Positions 18,955 through 27,637 of a DNA stretch of 28,896 nucleotides are shown piece after piece. A program made the translations under genes and the position numbers. Every line of letters begins with the position of its first letter. Position 1 is the stretch's first letter. Origin of the DNA: an archaeon (GTDB taxonomy: Archaea; Iainarchaeota; Iainarchaeia; Iainarchaeales; 1-14-0-10-31-34); the NCBI GenBank assembly GCA_043819075.1, contig JBDRFE010000031.1, forward strand, positions 1 to 28,896, written 5' to 3'. The notes beneath the pieces were generated by a model. The model saw only the letters and a program-made list of their open reading frames with translations, had not been told where the DNA came from and ran no database searches.

Positions 18955-19910
18955 TTAACCACTCCTTTAAGCATTCCAAAGCCATAGCCAAAAAACCATG
19001 CAATCAGGAAAAAAAAGTAATAAAACGAAAATCTTCTGTTCTTGATTACTGCAGCCAAAGAAATTAAGGCAAGAACAAAAAATACTGCTGAAACAAAATA
19101 AAAAATCAATCCGGTTTTTCCTGAAAGAATTCCGTAAAACAATAGCAAAAGCATTGAAAGAATTGCTGCTAAAGGGATCAGCCTGAAGTATTCAGCCATT
19201 TCAGGATGAATTTTTATTGCCTGCATTCTTCCCAAGCCGAACCAGAATGCCTGGGAAAAAATTTTTTTAAAAGAGTCTTTCCTGTGGTGGAATACAACTG
19301 CTTTTGGGGTGAACATGATTTTTTTTCCTGCTTTTTTTATTCTGAAATCAATCTCTGGGTCTTCGTTGCTTGAAAGCTTTTCATTAAAGCCGTTCATTTC
19401 CTGCAGAATTTTTTTTAAATACATTGAATTGCAGCTGGGGTTATGGCTTGCTTCAGTTATTTTTTCAGTGTTTTTAACATAATCTGAGCCAAAACCTGAA
19501 AGCAGTGAAAGAAGTTCGTCAAAAATTTTTTCTTTTTTTCCGGCGTTTTCTGGAACAATGTTCGGCCCGCCAACAGAAACTGTTTCTTCATCAAAGCTTT
19601 TTTTCAGTTCCTGAAGCCAGTTTTTTCCTGCAACACAATCAGAGTCAATGAATGCAATAAATTTTCCTTTTGAAGCCTTTATTCCTGTGTTTCTTGCCCT
19701 GCTGATTCCTTGATGCTGTTTTAATTCAATTAAGTTTATGCTGTATTTTTCCTGCAGTTTTCTTATTTTTTCTTTTGTCTTGTCAGCTGAAAAATCGTCC
19801 ACTACAATTAATTCAAACTCTGTTTTCTGCTGCATTACTGATTCAATGCATTCTTCAATGAATTTTTCAGAATTTCTTTCGCATATTACAACAGATATTT
19901 CTGGCTCCAT
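18951..19910 (-). CDS. Glycosyltransferase family 2 with C-terminal TM helices
   Basis: ISVVI, VVDDFSAD, ARNTG, FIDSD, SCNS, EDPE, VFHH, about 3 TM helices at the C-terminus. Confidence 0.92.
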   Translation of the reverse strand: MEPEISVVICERNSEKFIEECIESVMQQKTEFELIVVDDFSADKTKEKIRKLQEKYSINLIELKQHQGISRARNTGIKASKGKFIAFIDSDCVAGKNWLQELKKSFDEETVSVGGPNIVPENAGKKEKIFDELLSLLSGFGSDYVKNTEKITEASHNPSCNSMYLKKILQEMNGFNEKLSSNEDPEIDFRIKKAGKKIMFTPKAVVFHHRKDSFKKIFSQAFWFGLGRMQAIKIHPEMAEYFRLIPLAAILSMLLLLFYGILSGKTGLIFYFVSAVFFVLALISLAAVIKNRRFSFYYFFFLIAWFFGYGFGMLKGVVK

Positions 19911-19965
19911 CAGTATGATATTTCAGGGAATATTCTTTAATTGTTTGGCTTTTTCATTCTATTAA
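19911..19965. promoter_or_regulatory. Compact 55-bp divergent promoter region
   Basis: Lies between head-to-head ATGs; TTTAAT at about 19936 is about 25 nt from both starts. Confidence 0.4.
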
Positions 19966-20601
19966 ATGATTGAAAAAATGCAGTTTAAGTCTGATGCAAA
20001 TGCATTAAAATGGTATGATAAAAGGTTCACTGAATTTGGGGTTTTTAATACCTCAAAAGAATACAATTCTTTAATGCTGAAATACCTTGGAATAAACTCT
20101 AAATCAGATAAAATGCTTTTGGATGTCGGCTGCGGGGGAGGATTTTTTTTAAAAGAAGCAGAAAAATTTGTGCATTGCATTGGAACTGATTTTAGTTCAG
20201 TTGCACTGGAAACTGCAAAAAAAAATACTAACTCAGGGCTTGTCCTTGCTTCTGCTTCAAGACTGCCGTTTAAAAAAGAGTCATTTGATTTCATTGCCTG
20301 TTTAGGCAGTTTAGAGCATTTCATTGAAATCAAAAAAGCTTTAAGCGAAATGAATAGAGTGCTTAAAAAAAACGGGAAAATTAATTTGTATGTCCCTAAC
20401 TCAAATTTTTTGCTGTTTAAATTCAATAAAGCAACTCAGTTTCAGCCGAATGAAAGGCTTGCTTCTTTGGATGAATGGAAAAAGCTGATTGGAGAATTTT
20501 TTTTAATTGAAAAAGTTTTCAAGCACACAAACAATCCTGTTGGAAAGCTTCTTCCAATGAATTTCACTAACAGTTTCAGCATTATTTGCAAAAAAAACTA
20601 A
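19966..20601 (+). CDS. Class I SAM-dependent methyltransferase
   Basis: LLDVGCGGG, GTDFS, LPFKKESFD..LGSLEH, RVLKKNG..VPN. Confidence 0.9.
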   Translation: MIEKMQFKSDANALKWYDKRFTEFGVFNTSKEYNSLMLKYLGINSKSDKMLLDVGCGGGFFLKEAEKFVHCIGTDFSSVALETAKKNTNSGLVLASASRLPFKKESFDFIACLGSLEHFIEIKKALSEMNRVLKKNGKINLYVPNSNFLLFKFNKATQFQPNERLASLDEWKKLIGEFFLIEKVFKHTNNPVGKLLPMNFTNSFSIICKKN

Positions 20602-21395
20602 TAACCTTGGACTTCCATTCTCTTCCATGCTGCCTTGAAAATTAGTACTGCTATTACCGGAGTTATTAATGCAAAAAGCCAGACATAAAGAAAACTGCTT
20701 AAATTCATGAAATTGCTTATCCATAAATCCCTTGAAAAATTCACTGCATGGTAAACCGGGTTTAACAGAACAACTGGCTTAAGGATTTCAGGAATAATGT
20801 CAATCGGATAAGCAAAACAGCTTAATAAAGTCCAGCCCGCAAAAAAATACCTGAATACCGGGTCAAAGTTTTCTGAAAACAATGTTAATGCTCCAAAGAC
20901 AAGCCCTATTCCCAAGCAGAAAAGCAACAGCAATAACATCATTAAGCTGATTACAAAAGCATTTATTATTGAAGAAGCGCTTACAGAAGAAGCAATTAAG
21001 ATGAAAATTAACAGCAGCGGCATTAAATTTAATGCAATGTTTATGCCTACCCCGATTATAAGCGAAAGATAGTTGATTGGTGCAATAAAAAGCGATTCAA
21101 TTGTCTTCCAGTATTTTTCTTCCCTGAATTTTGTGGCAAAAACATTTATTCCGTTGTAAAAAAATGCTTGGGCTACTATTCCGAAAACAAGGAAAGAAAC
21201 ATAGTTGTCAAGGTTTATTCCGCCAAATTCTTCTGCGCCGCTGTAATGCAGGAAGCCGTAATAAATTATGAATAAAGGAATAAGGGATAGAATCGGGTTA
21301 ACAAAAGTGTTCAACAAATAAGCTGTTTTGAACCTTATGCTTAATTTGAATTCTTTTTTTGTTATTGCAATTATTTCATTTAATTGTTCACGCAT
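20598..21395 (-). CDS. ABC-2 type exporter permease
   Basis: About 6 TM helices; KKEFK N-terminal helix, EEKYWKTIESLFIAP, YPIDIIPEILK..LNPVYH. Confidence 0.88.
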   Translation of the reverse strand: MREQLNEIIAITKKEFKLSIRFKTAYLLNTFVNPILSLIPLFIIYYGFLHYSGAEEFGGINLDNYVSFLVFGIVAQAFFYNGINVFATKFREEKYWKTIESLFIAPINYLSLIIGVGINIALNLMPLLLIFILIASSVSASSIINAFVISLMMLLLLLFCLGIGLVFGALTLFSENFDPVFRYFFAGWTLLSCFAYPIDIIPEILKPVVLLNPVYHAVNFSRDLWISNFMNLSSFLYVWLFALITPVIAVLIFKAAWKRMEVQGY

Positions 21396-22127
21396 TTACA
21401 CACCTAATTCAGCGAACTTTTTCATCACATTGTCAAAATTTTCTTTTTCTTCAAGGCAGATTATTTCGCCTCTGTTCATTAAAGCTGCTCTGTCGCATAA
21501 CTCTCTTGCTTCTTTTTCGTAATGGGTTGTAAGAATGACTGTTTTGTTCATTTCTTTGATGTAATTCCTTATTTTTTCCGCTATATTGAAATCCAAGCCC
21601 AGGGTTGGCTCGTCTAAAATCAGTATTTCAGGGTCATGAATTAATGCCCTGGCCAAAGCCAGTTTTGACCTAGTGCCAAGAGAATAATTTTCAACGTAAT
21701 CATATAAGTAGTCATGGAATTCAAGTTTTTTGCTTAATTCAATTATTCTTTCATGGAATTCCTTCATTTTATAGATTCTTGCAAAATATTTTAAGTTGTC
21801 GTATCCTGTCAGCCTGCGGTAAATTAATTCGCATCCAAGCATTAACCCTACTTTAATTTTTTGTTCTTCAATCGGTTTTCCCAGTATTTTTATTTCGCCT
21901 GAAGTAGGAAAAAGAATTCCTGAAACAAGCTTGATTAAAGTGGTTTTTCCTGCACCGTTCGGTCCCAATAAGCCGATTGTTTCGCCTTTGAATATATCTA
22001 AATTAAGTGCGTCAACCGCAATAGTTGTCTTGTGTTTTGGAAAAAAGAATTCAGTTAAATTCTGGGGGTTAAGGCTTGTCCTGAATTCCTTCCTTAAATT
22101 CCTTATTTCAATTGCTGTTTCCTGCAT
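21396..22127 (-). CDS. ABC exporter ATP-binding subunit
   Basis: Walker A GPNGAGKTT, signature YSLG, Walker B ILILDEP, H-loop LTTH. Confidence 0.93.
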   Translation of the reverse strand: MQETAIEIRNLRKEFRTSLNPQNLTEFFFPKHKTTIAVDALNLDIFKGETIGLLGPNGAGKTTLIKLVSGILFPTSGEIKILGKPIEEQKIKVGLMLGCELIYRRLTGYDNLKYFARIYKMKEFHERIIELSKKLEFHDYLYDYVENYSLGTRSKLALARALIHDPEILILDEPTLGLDFNIAEKIRNYIKEMNKTVILTTHYEKEARELCDRAALMNRGEIICLEEKENFDNVMKKFAELGV

Positions 22128-22196
22128 GCGAAAACCTTTTTATTTAAGTAATCATAATAGTATTCTTGTGTATTAAAATATTGCGTTTTGGTTTAA
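22128..22196. promoter_or_regulatory. Divergent promoter region
   Basis: CGAAAACCTTTTTATTTAAG (22129-22148) on the plus strand and a TTTTAATA element on the minus strand near 22171-22178. Confidence 0.4.
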
Positions 22197-23336
22197 ATGA
22201 AGCTGTCAATTATTATTCCGACATTCAATGAAGAAAAAGCAATTGCTTCAACAATAAGGCAGTCAATTGAGCTAAAACAGCAGATACTCCAGACTACGCC
22301 GATAAAAGAAACTGAAATAGTTGTTGTAAACGACGGTTCAACAGACAAAACACAGGAAATCATTGAAAAATTTCTTCCAAAAATAAAAATTATTTCCCAT
22401 AAAACAAACAAAGGATACGGCGCTGCAATCAAGTCAGGCATTAAAGCCACTGAATCAGATTTCATTGCATTCTATGATGCAGACGGCACTTATCCGATTA
22501 ACAAAACAACAGAATTAATCCATGCATTGATAAACGAGAAATCAGATTTGGTTGTTGGCTCAAGATTAGGCAAAGGCAATAAAATGCCTGCGCAAAGAAT
22601 TATCGGCAACAAACTGTTTGTTTTTTTGCTCAATTTTTTTTCTTCAAAAGAAGTCAAAGACACTGCATCAGGAATGCGTGTTTTCAGGAGAAAAATAGCT
22701 GATTCTTTTGACTCTCTTCCGGACAGCCTTTCTTTTACTCCTGCAATGACTACAATGGCACTGCAAAAAAACTGGAAAATCTCTTTTATTCCAATCAGTT
22801 ACTCTGAAAGAACCGGAGCATCAAAGCTGAACAGCTTAAAGTATGGCTTTAGCTTTCTTTTCTCCATTCTTGAAATAGTTAAATTATTTAATCCGCTGAA
22901 ATTATTCGGTTCAATAGGATTAATATTTATTCTTGCAGGAGCAGTCCTTTTTTATCCCTCTTTTTTTCACGGAATAAGCTTCACTGAATTCGGCTTAAGA
23001 AGGATTTTTCTTATAACCTCGCTGGCGCTTGTAGGCATTTCACTGATTTTTTTTGGTTTTCTCTCAAATTTTGTGGTAAAACTTTTTCACAGTAAGCTGA
23101 ATACAGCAGTAGTTTACTCCTGGGCTTATGACAGATATGTTTTATCTAAATACAATATTATCGGCGTATTTCTTTTTGCAATGGGTTTTACTTTAGTCCT
23201 TTCAAGCACTAACTCAAGCCATCTGTCAATTCCATTGGTTGGAATAACTGCATTGTTTATCGGAATACAATTGATTGCAAGCTCTGTTTTAGTTAAAACA
23301 GTCAAAGAACTGTATGATGAAAAAGTAAAAAAATAA
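22197..23336 (+). CDS. GT2 polyprenol-phosphate glycosyltransferase (DPM1-like) with C-terminal TM domain
   Basis: IIIPTFNE, VVNDGSTD, NKGYGAAIKSG, DADG, DLVVGSR, DTASGMR, IPISYSERTGASKL, about 4 TM helices. Confidence 0.9.
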   Translation: MKLSIIIPTFNEEKAIASTIRQSIELKQQILQTTPIKETEIVVVNDGSTDKTQEIIEKFLPKIKIISHKTNKGYGAAIKSGIKATESDFIAFYDADGTYPINKTTELIHALINEKSDLVVGSRLGKGNKMPAQRIIGNKLFVFLLNFFSSKEVKDTASGMRVFRRKIADSFDSLPDSLSFTPAMTTMALQKNWKISFIPISYSERTGASKLNSLKYGFSFLFSILEIVKLFNPLKLFGSIGLIFILAGAVLFYPSFFHGISFTEFGLRRIFLITSLALVGISLIFFGFLSNFVVKLFHSKLNTAVVYSWAYDRYVLSKYNIIGVFLFAMGFTLVLSSTNSSHLSIPLVGITALFIGIQLIASSVLVKTVKELYDEKVKK

Positions 23337-24439
23337 TGAAAAAAGGCATGAAAATGAAAATCACTTTTGTCAGCACTGGCTCAAGAATAGATAATTTTCC
23401 CCCTGAAAAAGGCGGAATAGAAATACTTGAATTTGATTTAATCAGAGAGCTAAAAAAAAGAGGGAATTCAGTGCAGTTGTTTGCATCAAAAAGTTCTATT
23501 GAAAATTCAGTTGAAATCGGCTCGCCAAAAATAAAAAATGACAGATTGCATAACCTTTTGTCAATGCACAACTGTTATTCAAAAAAAAACCTTGTTTCAG
23601 GGGAAATCCTTCACTGCCAGTACCCTTTAACCGCTTTTCCTTTTCTTGGAATGCCTTTAGTGTATTCAGAGCACAACTGGTATAACCTGCCTGAAGCAGA
23701 ATTCCATAAAACTTTTTTCACTCCTGCATTTAATTTCTTCCAGAAAAAAGTTTATGAAAAAGCCGACAGGATAATTGCTTTAAGCACTGAAATAAAATCT
23801 GTTATTGAAAAAAAAATCCCTGAAAGAAAAAACAAGATTGTTTTTATCCCGAATTTTGTTGATTCAAATGCTTTTATCCCGCAAAAAAAACAGGAAAACA
23901 AAATAATTTTTGTCGGAAGATTAGACAAAGAAAAAGGGATTGGATTGCTGATTGAGGTTTTAGGTGAACTCAAAAACAAATTTGATTTTGAGTTAATTGT
24001 CTTGGGTGAAGGGCCTTTGAGAAAAAAACTTGAATTACAGGCACAAAACTCCGGAATTAAATTCAATTTTTACGGCCATGTAAAACACAATGAATTGCCT
24101 TTCTTTTTTGGAAGCGCATCAATTTTTGTTCTGCCGTCTTTTTTTGAGGTAATGCCTGTTGTAGTGTTAGAGGCAATGAGTTCTGGCTGTGCGGTAATTG
24201 CTTCAGATGCTTTTGGGGTAAAAGACCAGATCGGAAAAGGCGAGGGAATAATTTTTGAAAAAGGAAACAAAACTGAATTAAAAGAAAGCCTTGTTGAACT
24301 GCTTTCTTCTCCTTCGCTTTGCTCTGCGCTAGGAAAAAATGCAAGGGAAAAAGTATTAAATGAATTTGACGTAAAAGTTATTGCAGGAAAAACAGAAAAT
24401 TTGTATAAGGAAGTTTTAGAGGAAAAAAACAGGAAATGA
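23336..24439 (+). CDS. Glycosyltransferase family 4
   Basis: PPEKGGIE, IPNFVD, FVGRLDKEKG, EVMPVVVLEAMSSG. Confidence 0.92.
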   Translation: MKKGMKMKITFVSTGSRIDNFPPEKGGIEILEFDLIRELKKRGNSVQLFASKSSIENSVEIGSPKIKNDRLHNLLSMHNCYSKKNLVSGEILHCQYPLTAFPFLGMPLVYSEHNWYNLPEAEFHKTFFTPAFNFFQKKVYEKADRIIALSTEIKSVIEKKIPERKNKIVFIPNFVDSNAFIPQKKQENKIIFVGRLDKEKGIGLLIEVLGELKNKFDFELIVLGEGPLRKKLELQAQNSGIKFNFYGHVKHNELPFFFGSASIFVLPSFFEVMPVVVLEAMSSGCAVIASDAFGVKDQIGKGEGIIFEKGNKTELKESLVELLSSPSLCSALGKNAREKVLNEFDVKVIAGKTENLYKEVLEEKNRK

Positions 24440-24443
24440 AAAA

Positions 24444-24602
24444 ATGGCTGAAGAATTATCAAAAGAACTGCTTGAAGTACTTGCGTGCTCTGCGTGCGGC
24501 TCTGAATTAAATTACTTGAAAGAAAAATCCAGGCTTGTTTGCGTTAAATGCAGGAAAGAATTCAGGATAGAAAACGGAATTCCAGCCATGCTGCTGGATT
24601 AA
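24444..24602 (+). CDS. Trm112-family protein (52 aa; absent from the ORF track)
   Basis: MAEELSKELLEVLACSACGSELNYLKEKSRLVCVKCRKEFRIENGIPAMLLD matches the Trm112/YcaR pattern LL..LAC..C...L...L.C..C...F.I..GIP.ML. Confidence 0.88.
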   Translation: MAEELSKELLEVLACSACGSELNYLKEKSRLVCVKCRKEFRIENGIPAMLLD

Positions 24603-24607
24603 GCACT

Positions 24608-24646
24608 AATCTTTTTAAATATTACTTTGCATTACATTGTATTGCA
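24608..24646 (+). promoter_or_regulatory. TATA box and palindromic operator of the RHH gene
   Basis: TTTTTAAA at 24612-24619; TGCATTACA-T-TGTATTGCA at 24628-24646 (8/9 match) reaches the start codon. Confidence 0.55.
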
Positions 24647-24936
24647 TGGAAAATATTTGTTTAAGGCTTGATAATTCTCTTTCAAAACAGATTGAAAAAG
24701 ACATGAAAGAATTCAGGTATTCAACCAAAACAGAGTTCATCCGCGAGGCAATCAGAACAAAATTAAAGGAACTGGACGGGGAAAGGGAAAAAAAGAAGGC
24801 TTGGAAAGCATTGTTTAATGCAAGAGGAATATTCAAGGGAAAAGGAAAAACTGATGAAGAATTTTATGAATGGCGCAAGGAATACGGAAAAAAGCTTGCA
24901 GGAGAACTTGAAAAAAAATATGGGTTAAAGGCTTAA
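24646..24936 (+). CDS. Ribbon-helix-helix (CopG-like) protein, putative antitoxin
   Basis: ENICLRLDNSL..QIE......YSTKTEFIREAIR. ATG 24646 fits leaderless spacing from the TATA box. Confidence 0.82.
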   Translation: MENICLRLDNSLSKQIEKDMKEFRYSTKTEFIREAIRTKLKELDGEREKKKAWKALFNARGIFKGKGKTDEEFYEWRKEYGKKLAGELEKKYGLKA

Positions 24937-25355
24937 TCAACTTCTTCCGGCAAAACACAATCCACTAATTTGATTTCCCAAAAGTGTTTATCCCTGCAGA
25001 CCAAAACTGCATGATTGTCCCTTGCTATAACTGAATGCAGAACATCAGAAAACGGAAACTCTTTTCCTGTTTTTGCCCAGAAAAAAAGTGCTTCAGAAAC
25101 CTGCTGTTTAGAATAAGAAACCTTCAAAATTATATCTTTGAAACTTGAAAAAGTCAAACCAACTTGTTCTTCAGAATAATAAGCCAAAAGTTCTTTTTCT
25201 ACTTCAGGGGAAACAATAACAACCCATTTCCTCTGCTGGCATTTCTTGAGGAACTGAAATGCAAACTCTCCTAAAGGCCTGATACTGTCTTTTCTGTCCT
25301 CAAAATAGTCCCTCCAAATCGAAGTATCCAGATAAAATTTCTTTTTTGGCTGCAT
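24933..25355 (-). CDS. PIN-domain (VapC-like) nuclease
   Basis: FYLDTSIW, VSPEVEKEL, PFSDVLH..IA, VLVCRDKHF: the acidic catalytic set appears intact. ATG 25355 or TTG 25367 start. Confidence 0.85.
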   Translation of the reverse strand: MQPKKKFYLDTSIWRDYFEDRKDSIRPLGEFAFQFLKKCQQRKWVVIVSPEVEKELLAYYSEEQVGLTFSSFKDIILKVSYSKQQVSEALFFWAKTGKEFPFSDVLHSVIARDNHAVLVCRDKHFWEIKLVDCVLPEEVD

Positions 25356-25411
25356 TAGGAAAGCCAAAATGAAATAGAATAAAAAGATTTAGTTTCGTTG
25401 ATTGACTTAAT

Positions 25412-27103
25412 TCACAGGCAGCTTTTAATTAATCCCTTGAATGCAGGGCTGGGCTTTAATGGCCTTGAAGTTAATTCTGGATGGAATTGTGTTCCAAAAA
25501 AGAACTTGTGTTTTGGAATCTCTAAAATCTGCATTATGTCAACTTTTGGCGCTTTTCCTGAAAAAACAATTCCCTTTGACTCAAATTCTTTTATGAACTC
25601 AGGATTGCATTCATACCTATGGCGAAATCTTTCCCTGATTTTTTCTTTTCCATACAAACTAAAAGCAATTGTCCCTTTTTTTACTTCAATATCAAACCCG
25701 CCTAACCTGTTGTTTCCGCCTAATCCTTCAATTTTTCTTTGCTCTGGCAGAAGACAGATTACTGGGCTAGTTGTTTCTGAATCAATTTCAGTTGTGTTGG
25801 CATTTTTTTTGCCTAAAACATTTCTTGCGAATTCAATTAAAGCCATCTGCATTCCATAACAGATTCCTAAAAAAGGGATATTTTTTTCCCTGCAGTATTT
25901 AATGCACTCAATTTTTCCTTCAGCCCCTCTTTTGCCGTATCCTCCGGGAACAATCAAGGCATTAATGTCTTTCAAAACTTCTTCTGCTTTTTTTTTGCCT
26001 GTTTCAATTTCTGTTGATTCAATCCATTTAACATTAATTTTTACCTTGAATTCTGCCTCGCAATGCTCTAAAGCTTTTATTATGCTGATATAAGAGTCTT
26101 TTAACCCGGTGTATTTTCCTGCAATGCCTACAGTTAATTCTTTTTTTGGCTTTCTTACAGTCATTTCTTCAGTCCATTTCTCTAAACTTAAATGATTCTT
26201 TAATTTTTTTTCTTCAATGTTTAATGATTCAAATATTGCTTTGTCTAATCCTTTTTCTTTTAACATTAAGGGAATCCTGTAAAACTCTTTTGAGTCATGC
26301 AGTCCAATAACTCTTTCTTTTGGCACATTAGAAAAAACACTGATTTTTTCCCTGATGTTTTCTTTAACAGGGTTTTCGCTTCTGCAGATTACAATGTCAG
26401 GCATCAAGCCCATTTCAATTAATTTTTTTATTCCTAACTGTGCTGCCTTGCTTTTCTGTTCTCCCAGTGTTTTTGGCTCAAAAATATAAGTTAAATTAAT
26501 TAAACAGACGTTTTCTTTTCCTTCCTCGTAAATTAACTGCCTTACTGCTTCCAATAAATACATGTTTTCGTAGTCGCCTACTGTTCCGCCGATTTCAATT
26601 AACACTGCATCTGCTTTAGAGTCAACTGCCAGTTTCCTGAAATATTTTTTTGTTTCACCAGTAACATGCGGAATAAACTGAACATCTCTTCCAAGGTATT
26701 TTCCTGCTCTTTCTTTTTCAATTATTTCCAACAAAATTTTTCCTGTTGTAAGATAATTTTCTTTTGTTAAATTCCTGTCAATAAATCTTTCATAAGAGCC
26801 TAAATCCATGTCTGTTTCTGTTCCGTCATCTAATACAAATACTTCGCCGTGCCTGAAAGGATTTAATGTTCCTGCGTCAACATTATAGTATGCTTCTGCT
26901 TTCATCGGAGAAACCTTTAATCCTCTTTCTTCCAACAATTTTGCAATAGAACTTGTAACAGTTCCTTTTCCTATTCCACTGATAACAGAGCCGGTTATTA
27001 TAATGAATTTTGTTTTTCCTTTTTTGTATCCTTCTGGCATTAAAACAAAAAACTCTGAGTCAACAGATTTTTTTCCTAATTCGCTTAACTCTTTTTCCCC
27101 CAC
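25412..27103 (-). CDS. pyrG: CTP synthase
   Basis: TGSVISGIGKG, NVDAGT.NP..HGEVFV, GKYLG..VQFIPH, EIGGTVGD, VPGGYG.RG, GICYGMQ, RHRYE, FHPE. Start placed at GTG 27103 because AGGTGA (SD) spans the track's GTG at 27112. Confidence 0.97.
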   Translation of the reverse strand: MGEKELSELGKKSVDSEFFVLMPEGYKKGKTKFIIITGSVISGIGKGTVTSSIAKLLEERGLKVSPMKAEAYYNVDAGTLNPFRHGEVFVLDDGTETDMDLGSYERFIDRNLTKENYLTTGKILLEIIEKERAGKYLGRDVQFIPHVTGETKKYFRKLAVDSKADAVLIEIGGTVGDYENMYLLEAVRQLIYEEGKENVCLINLTYIFEPKTLGEQKSKAAQLGIKKLIEMGLMPDIVICRSENPVKENIREKISVFSNVPKERVIGLHDSKEFYRIPLMLKEKGLDKAIFESLNIEEKKLKNHLSLEKWTEEMTVRKPKKELTVGIAGKYTGLKDSYISIIKALEHCEAEFKVKINVKWIESTEIETGKKKAEEVLKDINALIVPGGYGKRGAEGKIECIKYCREKNIPFLGICYGMQMALIEFARNVLGKKNANTTEIDSETTSPVICLLPEQRKIEGLGGNNRLGGFDIEVKKGTIAFSLYGKEKIRERFRHRYECNPEFIKEFESKGIVFSGKAPKVDIMQILEIPKHKFFFGTQFHPELTSRPLKPSPAFKGLIKSCL

Positions 27104-27139
27104 AAACTTCACCTTTTCTAACTTAAATAATAAAATAAA

Positions 27140-27200
27140 AACTCATTATAAACCTTAACTTTGAGACCCAAAAAAAGGTATAAAACACGTTTATAATAAG
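27140..27200. promoter_or_regulatory. Divergent TATA boxes for pyrG and the right-hand operon
   Basis: Minus strand AAGGTTTATAATG (27144-27156); plus strand TTTATAAT (27190-27197); SD AGGTGAT before TTG 27234. Confidence 0.45.
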
Positions 27201-27233
27201 ACATAATATAGGACTTAAGAAAGGTGATTTTAT

Positions 27234-27635
27234 TTGAATGAAATGAATACTCAGGCATCGCTTGGAAAAGCAATAAAATCCTTCACATTAACAGAAGACC
27301 AAAACGAAACACTTGAATCAATCGCAATTATTTTAAATGAAAACAAAAGTGAAACTTTGGGTCAGCTCTTGGAATTTTTTGAAACATTTATTTTGCGAAA
27401 TCCACAAGTGTTTCAAGAAAAAATACAGTTAATTAATAGAAAAAACGCAATGATGGCGCATCAGAAAAAATTAGAAGAACAACTTCTCTTAGACAGAAAA
27501 AGATTAGAAAACCGAAAGCAACTCTTAAAAGAAAGAGAACAAGAAAAAAAAGAAATAGAAAAAAGAAAATGTGAAGAACGCGAACTGAGAAGGAAAAAAA
27601 ATCTCTACGAGACTTTTTTGGCAAGGAGTGATTAA
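27234..27635 (+). CDS. Putative DNA-binding protein (RHH-like N-terminus plus charged coiled coil)
   Basis: KSFTLTEDQNETLESIA...NKSETLGQLL resembles an RHH pattern; E/K/R-rich helical tail; good SD. Confidence 0.6.
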   Translation: MNEMNTQASLGKAIKSFTLTEDQNETLESIAIILNENKSETLGQLLEFFETFILRNPQVFQEKIQLINRKNAMMAHQKKLEEQLLLDRKRLENRKQLLKEREQEKKEIEKRKCEERELRRKKNLYETFLARSD

Positions 27636-27637
27636 AA

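Noticed and set aside
8800..24000. Numerous A8-A9 and T8-T9 runs in GT genes as further phase switches
   Set aside because: All are in frame and are expected from Lys/Phe codons at this composition.
211..26093. Many 60-190 aa ORFs antisense to or nested in the main genes (e.g. 353-757, 3823-4239, 12910-13482, 19962-20426, 25398-25859)
   Set aside because: They lie within well-supported genes, are F/S/I/L-rich shadows of AT-rich coding strands, and have no motifs.
27113..27233. Attachment site or tRNA at the pyrG junction
   Set aside because: No tRNA-like sequence and no partner repeat within the window.
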